Shown here: positions 39,430-48,700 of the stretch, one piece after another | How the letters are laid out: each line of letters starts with the position of its first letter | Numbering within the stretch: the stretch's first letter is position 1 | DNA from: Nitrosopumilus sp. | Lineage (GTDB): Archaea > Thermoproteota > Nitrososphaeria > Nitrososphaerales > Nitrosopumilaceae | Direction of reading: 5' to 3' | DNA length: 64,000 nt | NCBI GenBank assembly: GCA_028439825.1 | Contig: JAMHKV010000002.1 | Coordinates: 27,523 to 91,522 of the forward strand | Position numbers and translations under genes: made by a program | Notes under the pieces: model-generated | Databases searched by the model: none | What the model was told of the DNA's origin: nothing | Seen by the model: only the letters and a program-made list of their open reading frames with translations

Positions 39430-39966
39430 TTATAATCCAGGCATTTCAATAGTTTCGTTTTGAGCTAATTCAATCATGTAAAATTCGACATATCCGCCCA
39501 CAAAAAGAAGTGCTATTACAATTCCAATTTCAATAATGGTTAGTTTGATAAATTGAGATAAACTTGTTTTTGTAATTATTGCTTTAATCAAAATAAAACT
39601 TCTAGAAATTCCTAATGAATATGCAAAAATTTCCATTAACCCAAATGGAGTTAAGAATAGAATGGATAATGGTGAAATACTACCTATTTCAGGCATAGAA
39701 GTTACAATTGCGGCAAAAGCATATCCTGTAGACCATGAGGAGAACAGTCCCCAAAAAATACCAAATCCAGGAATGAACATTGGCAATGCAATGGTTGTGT
39801 TATGTACAAAAATACCAAATGCATCAATATCTAAAACTAGTTTTTCAAACTCTTCCATGAACAAATTTGCTTCTTCTTCACTTACGGTAGACATTGAACC
39901 TAGTTGAAAAATAACTGTAAAAATTACTAGAAATGTTAAAAATGTAATAATTCTAATTTTGTTCAT
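39430..39966 (-). CDS. SpoIIM/DUF95-like membrane protein
   Basis: IFVHN, FIPGFG, TPFGLME, GGYVE. Confidence 0.78.
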   Translation of the reverse strand: MNKIRIITFLTFLVIFTVIFQLGSMSTVSEEEANLFMEEFEKLVLDIDAFGIFVHNTTIALPMFIPGFGIFWGLFSSWSTGYAFAAIVTSMPEIGSISPLSILFLTPFGLMEIFAYSLGISRSFILIKAIITKTSLSQFIKLTIIEIGIVIALLFVGGYVEFYMIELAQNETIEMPGL

Positions 39967-40042
39967 ATCACTTTGTTTTTACAAACAATATTTGAGGGTT
40001 AGTTTAGAGCAGATTTAATTAAACCAAAGGATATTTTTTGAT

Positions 40043-41506
40043 ATGAAAAAAGAGTTATCCTTTGCATTAAATTACGCATTAAACAAAGGGTTCCAAATTC
40101 ATCCTGACGCATTTAAAATTTTAGATGATATTACTGATGTTAAACAATTAGAGAAAATTATTAAGGAAATTATTCAAGAAAAAACTAAACAAAAACTATT
40201 CCAAATCAATCAAGATGATCTAGAGTCATATCTTGGAATTAAAGAAGATCCTAATTTTCAAAATGAATTAAAAATACTATCTGATGTTACTAGTAAAGTT
40301 ACGTCAGGGGAGGGGGTTAAAGGATACAATGCCTTGTTTTCTAGCCGTTTTAACAAACTTAAGAGAATTATCTCAGACAGACCAGAATCAAAGAAGATAA
40401 AATCCGCCGCAGTTGTTAAATCAAAGCTTCAAAAAGAATGGGAAGTTGAAAAAGATGTCTATGTCTGTGGTCTAGTTAATTCAAGAAATGCTGAAAGAAA
40501 CATCACAAAATTAGTGTTAGAAGACCCTTCAGGCTCACTTGAGGGCATAATTTTTGATGAGGAATTGCAAAAAACTGCCGGAACTCTGTTAATTGATCAG
40601 TTTGTTATGGCAAGAGTATCTTCAGGCAAAAATTCAGGATTAATTATTAAGGATTTAATTTTCCCAGATGTTCCAGATCAAAAGATTAACAAATCAGAAA
40701 ATGAGGTATATGCCGTATTTTTGTCTGATTTGCACATTGGAAGCAAATATTTCATGGAGGATGAATTGAAGGAATTTGTAACTTGGCTATCTAGTCCAGA
40801 CCCTGTTGCAAGAAAAGTTGGTTTTGTCTTAATTGGAGGCGACATAGTTGATGGGGTTGGAATATACCCAAATCAAAACAAAGAGCTGGTTTGTCAAACC
40901 ATAGAAGAGCAGCTAGAAATGGCAGAAAATTTGCTAGATAAGATTTCAAAAAAAGTTAAAATTATCATTATGCCTGGAAATCACGATCCGGGTAGAAGAG
41001 CCTTGCCCCAACCAGCAATACCAAAAAAATACAATTCAGGTTTATGGGAAAGAGAAAATATTGAAATGGTTGGAAATCCAGCCCTAATTTCATTAAACGG
41101 AGTTAAAGTATTGATGTTTCATGGCCAAAGTATAGACGATATTGTAAAGACTACTCCTGGTCTAAGTTATGATAGACCTACAGATGTTATGAAAAATCTT
41201 CTCAGAGCTAGACATCTAAGTCCGGTTTATGGCAGTTCAACACCAATAGCACCAGAAGTAGAGGATCTTTTAGTAATTGAAGATGTTCCTGATATTTTTC
41301 ATGTAGGACATGTCCATAAGGCGCAATTAGACATGTACAAGGGAATTTTACTAGTTAATTCAGGTTCTTGGCAAAAACAAACACCTTTTCAAGCAAGTGT
41401 TGGAATGGTCCCAAATCCAGGTCTTGCCATTATTGTAAATTTAAAAACATTCCAAGTATTTCATGAGAATTATAGTTCAAACTCAAATAATATCTTGCAA
41501 AGTTAA
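40043..41506 (+). CDS. polB: DNA polymerase D small (exonuclease) subunit DP1
   Basis: SDLHIGS, GDIVDGVG.YP.Q, PGNHD, FHG.S.DD, RHLSP, GHVH. Confidence 0.96.
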   Translation: MKKELSFALNYALNKGFQIHPDAFKILDDITDVKQLEKIIKEIIQEKTKQKLFQINQDDLESYLGIKEDPNFQNELKILSDVTSKVTSGEGVKGYNALFSSRFNKLKRIISDRPESKKIKSAAVVKSKLQKEWEVEKDVYVCGLVNSRNAERNITKLVLEDPSGSLEGIIFDEELQKTAGTLLIDQFVMARVSSGKNSGLIIKDLIFPDVPDQKINKSENEVYAVFLSDLHIGSKYFMEDELKEFVTWLSSPDPVARKVGFVLIGGDIVDGVGIYPNQNKELVCQTIEEQLEMAENLLDKISKKVKIIIMPGNHDPGRRALPQPAIPKKYNSGLWERENIEMVGNPALISLNGVKVLMFHGQSIDDIVKTTPGLSYDRPTDVMKNLLRARHLSPVYGSSTPIAPEVEDLLVIEDVPDIFHVGHVHKAQLDMYKGILLVNSGSWQKQTPFQASVGMVPNPGLAIIVNLKTFQVFHENYSSNSNNILQS

Positions 41507-42685
41507 TTCATTTTTAAAGGATTTTTTTATCATTTCTGATGAAACTGTTAGTTTGTATTTTTTTGTCCTTCCATGAATTCCTTGATGAATTAATCGTCCA
41601 GAAATAATTCCCGACAGTTCAATTTCACTTAACATTTGTGTGACTCTTCTTTGAGTTAGTTCGTCCTTTCCAACTGCTTTACAGAGATTTTTGTAGGAAG
41701 AGTAAATCTCACCAGTGGAGGAGCCATTGGCCTTCATTATGGCTAAAAGTACGATTTTTTCATGAAGTGGGTATGATTTTAGGGAGGCTTCCTCTTTATT
41801 TTCTTCAATTTTTAGGGAGGCTTCTCTAACATGCTCAACTGTAACTTTGTCAGATTGCTGTCTTTCTGCAAGTTCTCCTGCCACTCGAAGTAAATCAATT
41901 GCTCGTCTGGCATCACCGTGTTCTCCTCCTGCAAGGGCAGCACAGAGATTTAAGGCTGGTCCCTCGACGGTATTTTCTATAAAAGATTCACTAATTCTCT
42001 CTTCAAGTATTTTTTTAATTTGCTCAGCATCATAATTAGTAAATACGATTTCCTCCTCACCAAGACTGCTGATTACTCTGGGATCAAGTTTTTCTTTAAA
42101 CGTCAAGTCATTTGAAATCCCCACCATAGTTAGAGATCCTTGATCTAATTGCTCATTTGCCCTTGTTAGTTGGTATAGAATATCTTTGCCGGTCTTTACT
42201 ACTAGTTGAGCAAGATAGTCAATTTCATCAATTACAAAAACTGCGTTAAGTTTTTCGGTATTGATTCTATTTAGTAGTCTTTTGAAGACTTCGCTAATAG
42301 CAAGTCCGGTTGTGGGTAATTCCTTCTCATTTAGGCCTAATTGCCTGCCTATACTGACCAATAATCCGTATAACGTTGTCTCATTTTTAGAATTAGAATA
42401 TACAAGTTTAATTGGAAAGTTTGATTTCTCAACCCTTTCCTGAATTTTAAAAAGTACTTTTTTAACAACCAAAGTTTTGCCAGTTCCAGGTTTTCCATAA
42501 ACAAGAAGATTGGACGGTCTGGATTGTTTTAGAATTGGCAGTAACGATTGAGCAACTTGTTCTTGTTCAGAATCTCTATGAAATATAATATTTGGAATAT
42601 ATGTAAAATGAAGAATTTCCCTATTCTTAATTATCGACTTGCCAGATTCTGCTGCATCAAGCATTCTATCAATTGGGTCAGACAT
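41483..42685 (-). CDS. cdc6: Cdc6/Orc1 replication initiator
   Basis: YGKPGTGKT, IDEID, LDPRV.SSL, GDARRAIDLLR, C-terminal wHTH GRT. Confidence 0.97.
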   Translation of the reverse strand: MSDPIDRMLDAAESGKSIIKNREILHFTYIPNIIFHRDSEQEQVAQSLLPILKQSRPSNLLVYGKPGTGKTLVVKKVLFKIQERVEKSNFPIKLVYSNSKNETTLYGLLVSIGRQLGLNEKELPTTGLAISEVFKRLLNRINTEKLNAVFVIDEIDYLAQLVVKTGKDILYQLTRANEQLDQGSLTMVGISNDLTFKEKLDPRVISSLGEEEIVFTNYDAEQIKKILEERISESFIENTVEGPALNLCAALAGGEHGDARRAIDLLRVAGELAERQQSDKVTVEHVREASLKIEENKEEASLKSYPLHEKIVLLAIMKANGSSTGEIYSSYKNLCKAVGKDELTQRRVTQMLSEIELSGIISGRLIHQGIHGRTKKYKLTVSSEMIKKSFKNELTLQDII

Positions 42686-42689
42686 ACTC

Positions 42690-43170
42690 AGACACCTTCA
42701 TTTCCTAACTGCTTCATCTTACTCATCCTTCAATTAAGAGAGTATAGAATACAGTAGTAATTCTAGTTTAGTTTATGATTAGTTATTTTTAGTTAGATTT
42801 AGATTTTCTAAAAAAAATAAATTTAAAAAAAGATAGAGTGGAAATATTGGTGTGTGAGTTCTTGTTTGAAATGAGAGTTGTTAACATGTTGTTAAAATTA
42901 TGTGAAGAAAATCAAAAAAAACCTAATTTTGACCCCTTTATTTCCTTTCCAGGCGTCAAAAATGATGTTAACAATGTGAATATCTCAAAATCACCCCTTT
43001 ATTTCCACTCCAGTCATGATTATGTCTTGATTAGGGGGCTTAATTTAGAATAAAATGTTAATAACAAAAAATTGGCTAGGCATGGGCTAGGCAGTCAATG
43101 TTAACAAACTACAATGTTAACAAAACTGATCAGATCACTTGAACCGTTAACATTAGATCCTTTAGATCTC
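42690..43170. other. probable chromosomal replication origin (ORB boxes and AT-rich DUE)
   Basis: ORB-like GGAAATRAAGG(G/T)GT on the minus strand at about 42692-42705, 42932-42945 and 42993-43006 (the last preceded by GAGT); opposite-strand GAGTGGAAATA at 42836; A/T-rich 42755-42835; directly upstream of cdc6. Confidence 0.8.
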
Positions 43171-43174
43171 AAAG

Positions 43175-43564
43175 ATGACAAAAAAACGTATACGAATAGA
43201 TGTGGAGGATGCAGATGGTGCACGATATGATATCAAAGTAGAGGGCAATGTTACCCGAGAGAAGATTCTCAAGATATTTGAAATGATGGACTTGATGAAT
43301 ATTGAAGAAGAACCAGAATCATCTGTAAAAATGGATTCAACTGGGTCAAAAATTTGGCATATTGTGGATAAATTCTTCCCAACGGGCAAGTTTACTTCAA
43401 CAAATATTCTTGAAAAATATGAAGATGAACTTAACGAGCCTGTAAAACTTAGCATAATATCCACATATTTATCACGATTTGCAGCAAAAGGTAGGGTGGA
43501 CAGAGTAAGAACTGGCCGAGAATGGACCTATCAATCAACCAAGATAGCTCAAAAACAACAATAA
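43175..43564 (+). CDS. hypothetical protein with a C-terminal winged-HTH
   Basis: FTSTNILEKY...LSIISTYLSRFAAKGRVDRVRTGREWTY fits a wHTH recognition helix and wing. Confidence 0.75.
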   Translation: MTKKRIRIDVEDADGARYDIKVEGNVTREKILKIFEMMDLMNIEEEPESSVKMDSTGSKIWHIVDKFFPTGKFTSTNILEKYEDELNEPVKLSIISTYLSRFAAKGRVDRVRTGREWTYQSTKIAQKQQ

Positions 43565-43568
43565 ATTA

Positions 43569-43730
43569 TTAAGTTATAGTAACTTTTTTAATAATTAATC
43601 TATTATTTCCAAGTGTCATTTTTACATATTCACCCTTTTGTATGTCCATAAATTTTCTATATTGTTTTGGTATTGAAACTGTACCTGCTGAAGTAATTTT
43701 TACTAATACCGCATTTTCTTGTACTGACAT
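43569..43730 (-). CDS. AbrB/MazE/SpoVT-family DNA-binding protein (53 aa, not in ORF track)
   Basis: MSVQENAVLVKITSAGTVSIPKQYRKFMDIQKGEYVKMTLGNNRLIIKKVTIT matches the KITxxGxVxIPKxxRxxxxIxxG signature. Confidence 0.85.
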   Translation of the reverse strand: MSVQENAVLVKITSAGTVSIPKQYRKFMDIQKGEYVKMTLGNNRLIIKKVTIT

Positions 43731-43852
43731 ATTATTGTTATAATTTAATAATATATATAATTTAATATTTTCATATATTATTAAATAATTAATAATTAGT
43801 CTAATTTTCAGTCAAAAATAATATTTTGTTAACAAATTAACTTTGTAATTCT

Positions 43853-44458
43853 CTATCCGACAACTTGATCAGCCGTAATATCATTTATTTTTTCTTTTCC
43901 TTTTTCAGTAATTGAATATGAATATGGTTTGGTTTCTGTGTTCCTTTGTACTAAACCACTCTCAAATAATTTTTTCATTAGTCTAGATGTGTGCTCTCTA
44001 CTTCTTTTTGTTGTGATTTGTATATCACGTGATGTCATAGCTTTGTTTGTGATTAGTTGTAACACATAATCAACTGGGCTCACAGGTTCAATATTTGATA
44101 GATTAGGCGTAGAAATTTGCTTTTCAAGAACAATTTCAGGCTCCTTAACCACTTTAATTTCTTTTTCAGGCTCCTTAGTTTCTACTAATTTTTCTATAAA
44201 TTGTTTTAATTCTAAGTTTGGATCAATTGGATTTTCTTCTACTCCTTGTATTTCTAATGAATCTAGGCGTATTTTCATATCTATTAATTGTCTTTCATAG
44301 TATTCCAGGCGTTCTACTTGTGTTGGGTCTGCAACATCACTACTAGATTTTATGAATGGGCGTATTTTCAAGAAAAAATACAATCCTCCTAAACCTATCA
44401 AAAATGCTAAAATCACACCTAAAATCACTTCAGGGTCAGGAATTTCTATCAACATCAC
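43853..44458 (-). CDS. membrane-anchored protein: N-terminal TM, coiled coil, C-terminal MarR-like wHTH
   Basis: VILGVILAFLIGLGGLYFFL; ERLEYYERQLIDMKIRLDSLE; MTSRDIQ...SREHTSRLMKKLFESGLVQR.....PYSYSITEKG. Confidence 0.82.
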   Translation of the reverse strand: MMLIEIPDPEVILGVILAFLIGLGGLYFFLKIRPFIKSSSDVADPTQVERLEYYERQLIDMKIRLDSLEIQGVEENPIDPNLELKQFIEKLVETKEPEKEIKVVKEPEIVLEKQISTPNLSNIEPVSPVDYVLQLITNKAMTSRDIQITTKRSREHTSRLMKKLFESGLVQRNTETKPYSYSITEKGKEKINDITADQVVG

Positions 44459-44724
44459 TATTTTTATGACTATGTTGTGATTTATTGTGATTGACTAATA
44501 TTATTTGACACTTTAGATTAACAAAATCACACTTATAATCACAGATAATTAAATATCTAATCACGTTTGATTAAGATTAACCTTAATTGACCTAATCACA
44601 AGTATCACATATTTGATGCCTGTCTGATAAGCTTCTCAATCACATTAATCACTTCATCTTCTCTTTCAGGAAAGATATCACTCTCATTAATCACACTAAT
44701 CTGTTCAGAAAGTTTTGATATCAC
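44412..44724. repeat. dense array of ATCAC/GTGAT boxes
   Basis: 15 copies, at 44412, 44424, 44454, 44477, 44487, 44526, 44538, 44560, 44595, 44604, 44639, 44648, 44677, 44690 and 44720. Confidence 0.85.
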
Positions 44725-44967
44725 ATCAATATCATCAGGCAAAAGTATGCCTAAACCTCGTAAAAGTATGATTGAATAGAATAATGCAACTAATTTCTCT
44801 TTAGATTGACCTACTTGCCTGTAATACGCTCCTCTAGATATAGAAAAACTTGAATCTAAAAGATCCTTTTGATTTAGAATAATTTCAACTTGTCGCTCTG
44901 TAAACAGTGATTTTTTGATAATTTTCCTAATAATGTTGTTAAAATTAGATTCTTTAGACTCTGCCAT
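44605..44967 (-). CDS. hypothetical Tfx/sigma-region-4-like DNA-binding protein (start at MAESK)
   Basis: SLFTERQVEII...ISRGAYYRQ..Q...K HTH-like pattern. Confidence 0.65.
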   Translation of the reverse strand: MAESKESNFNNIIRKIIKKSLFTERQVEIILNQKDLLDSSFSISRGAYYRQVGQSKEKLVALFYSIILLRGLGILLPDDIDVISKLSEQISVINESDIFPEREDEVINVIEKLIRQASNM

Positions 44968-45032
44968 AGCTATACAGATCTGTATACAGACATTACAATT
45001 AAACTTTAAAGTGTCATATACTAACCACATCT

Positions 45033-45782
45033 ATGGTCGGAAAAGTTGAATTATTTTTAAAATCAGAATTAGAAAAAAAGAATGCACTGTTGTTTGTCTT
45101 AATTGATTCTGAAGTTTCAAATTTAGAGGCTTCAAGTAAACTTGCTCAGGATGTTGAAAAAATTGGTGCCTCTGCTATCTTAGTTGGAGGCTCATCTGCT
45201 ACTGATCAAATTGAAATGTCTCAAGTTGTTAAAGGCATTAAGCAAGGCATAAAAATTCCAATAATTCTATTTCCTGGTAATGTTACAGGTGTTGTTCCTG
45301 ATGCAGATGCTATTTTGTTTAGTTCACTAATGAATTCAGAAAATCCTTATTTTATAACACAAGCACAGGCACTAGCAGCTCCAAGTGTTGCAAAATTTGG
45401 TTTAGAGCCATTACCGACTGCCTACTTAGTAGTAGGCGATGGCACATCTGCTTGGTTTGTTGGTTCTGCAAGAGGAATTCCTTTTGAAAAACCTAAAATC
45501 GCTGCTGCATATTCATTAGCGGCACAGTTTTTGGGTATGAGGTTTGTGTATTTAGAAGCAGGTTCTGGTGCAAAAACCCACGTAACTCCTGAAATGGTTA
45601 AAACTGTAAGACGTGCATTTAATGGATTTTTGATAGTTGGTGGTGGAATCAAAGATGTTGAAACTGCCGAAAGTCTAGTTAAAGCAGGAGCTGATGCCTT
45701 AGTAATTGGAACTTTCCTTGAACAGGGAGGAAGTATTACAAAACTTGAAGAAATAACAAAAGCAATTCAAAGAAGCAAGTAA
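45033..45782 (+). CDS. geranylgeranylglyceryl phosphate synthase (PcrB family)
   Basis: LVGGS, PIILFPG, LMNS.NP, YLEAGSGA, VGGGI. Confidence 0.94.
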   Translation: MVGKVELFLKSELEKKNALLFVLIDSEVSNLEASSKLAQDVEKIGASAILVGGSSATDQIEMSQVVKGIKQGIKIPIILFPGNVTGVVPDADAILFSSLMNSENPYFITQAQALAAPSVAKFGLEPLPTAYLVVGDGTSAWFVGSARGIPFEKPKIAAAYSLAAQFLGMRFVYLEAGSGAKTHVTPEMVKTVRRAFNGFLIVGGGIKDVETAESLVKAGADALVIGTFLEQGGSITKLEEITKAIQRSK

Positions 45783-45796
45783 TACTATATTCTATA

Positions 45797-48700
45797 ATGT
45801 CTGAAAACGATGCAATTTCTCGTATTCGTCATATTGACATGCCCGAATATTATTTGAATTATTACTCCCATCTCTCAACTGAAACATATTCAATATTTGA
45901 GCATGCAGCACTAGCAAAATCTACCTTAGTTGACTCTTCAGGCATAATTGAGCCTAAAATTGCATTTGATTTAGCAGATCGAGTTGCAAAAATGCACGAT
46001 ATTGATATTGCTGATCATCTAAGAGAAATTTTAAAAATTAAATCTAAAGAGCTTTCTGCATTAATTTTAGCAAAAGAGATTGCTTCAGGAAATTATTCTC
46101 TTCCTGATGCTTCTTTGGAAGATAAACTAGATCTTGCAGTTCGTGTAGGTTTGGCAATAATTACTGAGGGTGTTACCATTGCACCTCTACAAGGAATTAG
46201 TGAAGTAAAAATAAAAAAAAATAAAGATGGAACTGATTATCTTTCAGTTTCAATTGCAGGACCTATGCGTGCAGCAGGTGGAACAGAATCTGCAGTCACT
46301 TTGTTGATTGCCGATTATGTTCGACAAATAGCAGGGTTATCAAAATTTCAAGCAAATTCTTTTGATGATGAAACAGGTAGATTTGTTGAAGAATTACGAA
46401 TTTATGAAAGAGAAGCTAGTAGCTTTCAATTTCATATATTGGATGAGGATATTGAACATGTTATTTCTAATCTTCCCGTTGAATTGGCTGGAGTAGATAC
46501 TGATCCATATGAAGTTGTAAATCATAAGGGAATGACACGAATTAAAACTGATAGAGTTAGGGGCGGAGCTTTACGTGTTCTAAACGACGGTCTGATTGGA
46601 AGATCAAAAAAACTACTCAAAAGAGTAGAAATGTACAATTTAGATGGATGGGAATGGTTAGCGGATCTCAAAGGTGCAGTTCAAACAGGTGATAATCAGG
46701 AAGATGCTGCAGCAAAAAGGATGCGTGAGGTGATTACAGGCAGATCAGTTTTATCTATGCCTAACAAATTAGGCGGATTTCGGCTTCGGTATGGAAGGGC
46801 GTGTAATACTGGCTTTGCGGCAATAGGATTTCATCCAGTTGTTGCTGAAATTCTAGATCATACGATTGCTGTTGGAACCCAGGTCAAAATTGACATTCCT
46901 GGGAAGGGAGCAACTGTCGCATTTGTCGATTCTATTGAAACTCCAACTGTACGTCTTGACAACGGCGATGTTGTAAAAATTAGAGATGTCAAACATGGAA
47001 TAGAAATTAAAAATAAAATTGAAAAAATATTACATTTAGGAGATGTTTTAATTACATTTGGAGACTTTCTTGAAAATAATGCCCAACTAATACCGTCAGG
47101 ATATGTTGAGGAAATTTGGATAGAAGAATTAAAACTAATTATTCCAAAAATTGAGACTGAAAATGAATATCTAAAACAATTTTTGATTAAAACACCTACA
47201 ATTGAAGAAGCATTAAAAATTTCACTTGACTTTGAATTTTCATTACATCCACATTATCTTTATTTTTGGGATAAAATTTCATCAGAAGAATTGGTTCAAC
47301 TTTTAGAACCAAAAAGTTTCAATGAAAATAACATTGAGTATCCAATTAAAATAAAAAAAATTCTTGAAAAACTAGGAACTCCTCATAAAGTTAAAAATGA
47401 ATCTATAATTTTAGAAAATGAAGAAGCAAAAATTTTCTTTAATTTGTTATTTATAACAAAACCAATAATTGATGACTCATCAGTTCCTCAAATTTTAACA
47501 AAATCATCAAAAATTAAAATTAATAATAAATTTTCAACTTCTGTTGGAATTAGAATAGGGAGACCTGAAAAAGCATCAGCTCGACAAATGAAGCCTCCTA
47601 CACATACATTGTTTCCAATTTCTGATAAAGGTGGACCAACTAGGGACCTCCTTAAGGCATCACGAAATGAACATTTTTTTGCAAATCTTCACAACAGGCA
47701 CTGTGAGCAGTGTAATGAACCATCCCTTGGAATAAAATGTTCTAAATGTGGCATCAAAACAGTAGTTACTTTCAGATGTAATAGCTGTAGAGATAGCTTA
47801 ACAGAGCCATATTGCGAAAAGTGTAAGCGTAAAGCTCCGGCTCACTCTCATAAGGAATTTCCACTAAAAGCACGACTACTTTTGGCTCAAGAAAAAATGG
47901 GAATTCGTGCAAAAGAGCCTTTCAAAGGTCTTAAGGAACTAATCAGTGAAGACAAAATTGCAGAGCCTCTTGAAAAGGGACTTGTACGTCAAAGTCTTGG
48001 TTTAACCACCTTCAAAGATGGAACGATTAGATTTGATGCAACAAATTCTCCTTTAACCCAATTCAAACCATCATGGATTGGAACGTCTATTGAAAAACTC
48101 AAGGAATTAGGTTACTCACACGATATTGATGGTAAACCAATTGAAAGTATAGATCAAACTATTGAACTTAGAATGCAGGATGTAGTAATTCCTAATGAAA
48201 GTGGAAGATATTTGGTTTCTACTTGTAAATACATTGATACACTTTTAGTAAAATTTTATGGTAAAACTTCATTTTATAATGTTAAAAACACTGAAGAATT
48301 ACTTGGGCATTTGATAATTGGTTTAGCACCTCATACCTCTGTTGGAATTGTAGGAAGAATTATTGGATATACCGAAACTCATGTTTGTTTTGCAACACCA
48401 AATTGGCATTCTGCAAAAAGAAGAGATGCTGATGGTGATGCTGACTCTATTATGCTTTTAATGGACAGTTTACTTAATTTTTCAAGGCAATATCTTTCTG
48501 ATAGAATAGGAGGTTTGATGGACGCACCATTACTTATTCAACCCCTTGTCTTGCCACATGAGTCTCAACCTCAAGCACATAATCTTGAAGTAACAAAAAT
48601 ACTTCCTTTGGACTTCTTTGAATCCACATATCAGGAAAGTAAGGCATCAGATGCAAATTCAGTTGAAATTATTAAATCAAGAATAGGTACTAAGAGACAA

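Noticed and set aside
42838-43053. 71-aa ORF inside the cdc6 upstream region
   Set aside because: Runs across ORB boxes and palindromes with no protein motif; region is better explained as the origin.
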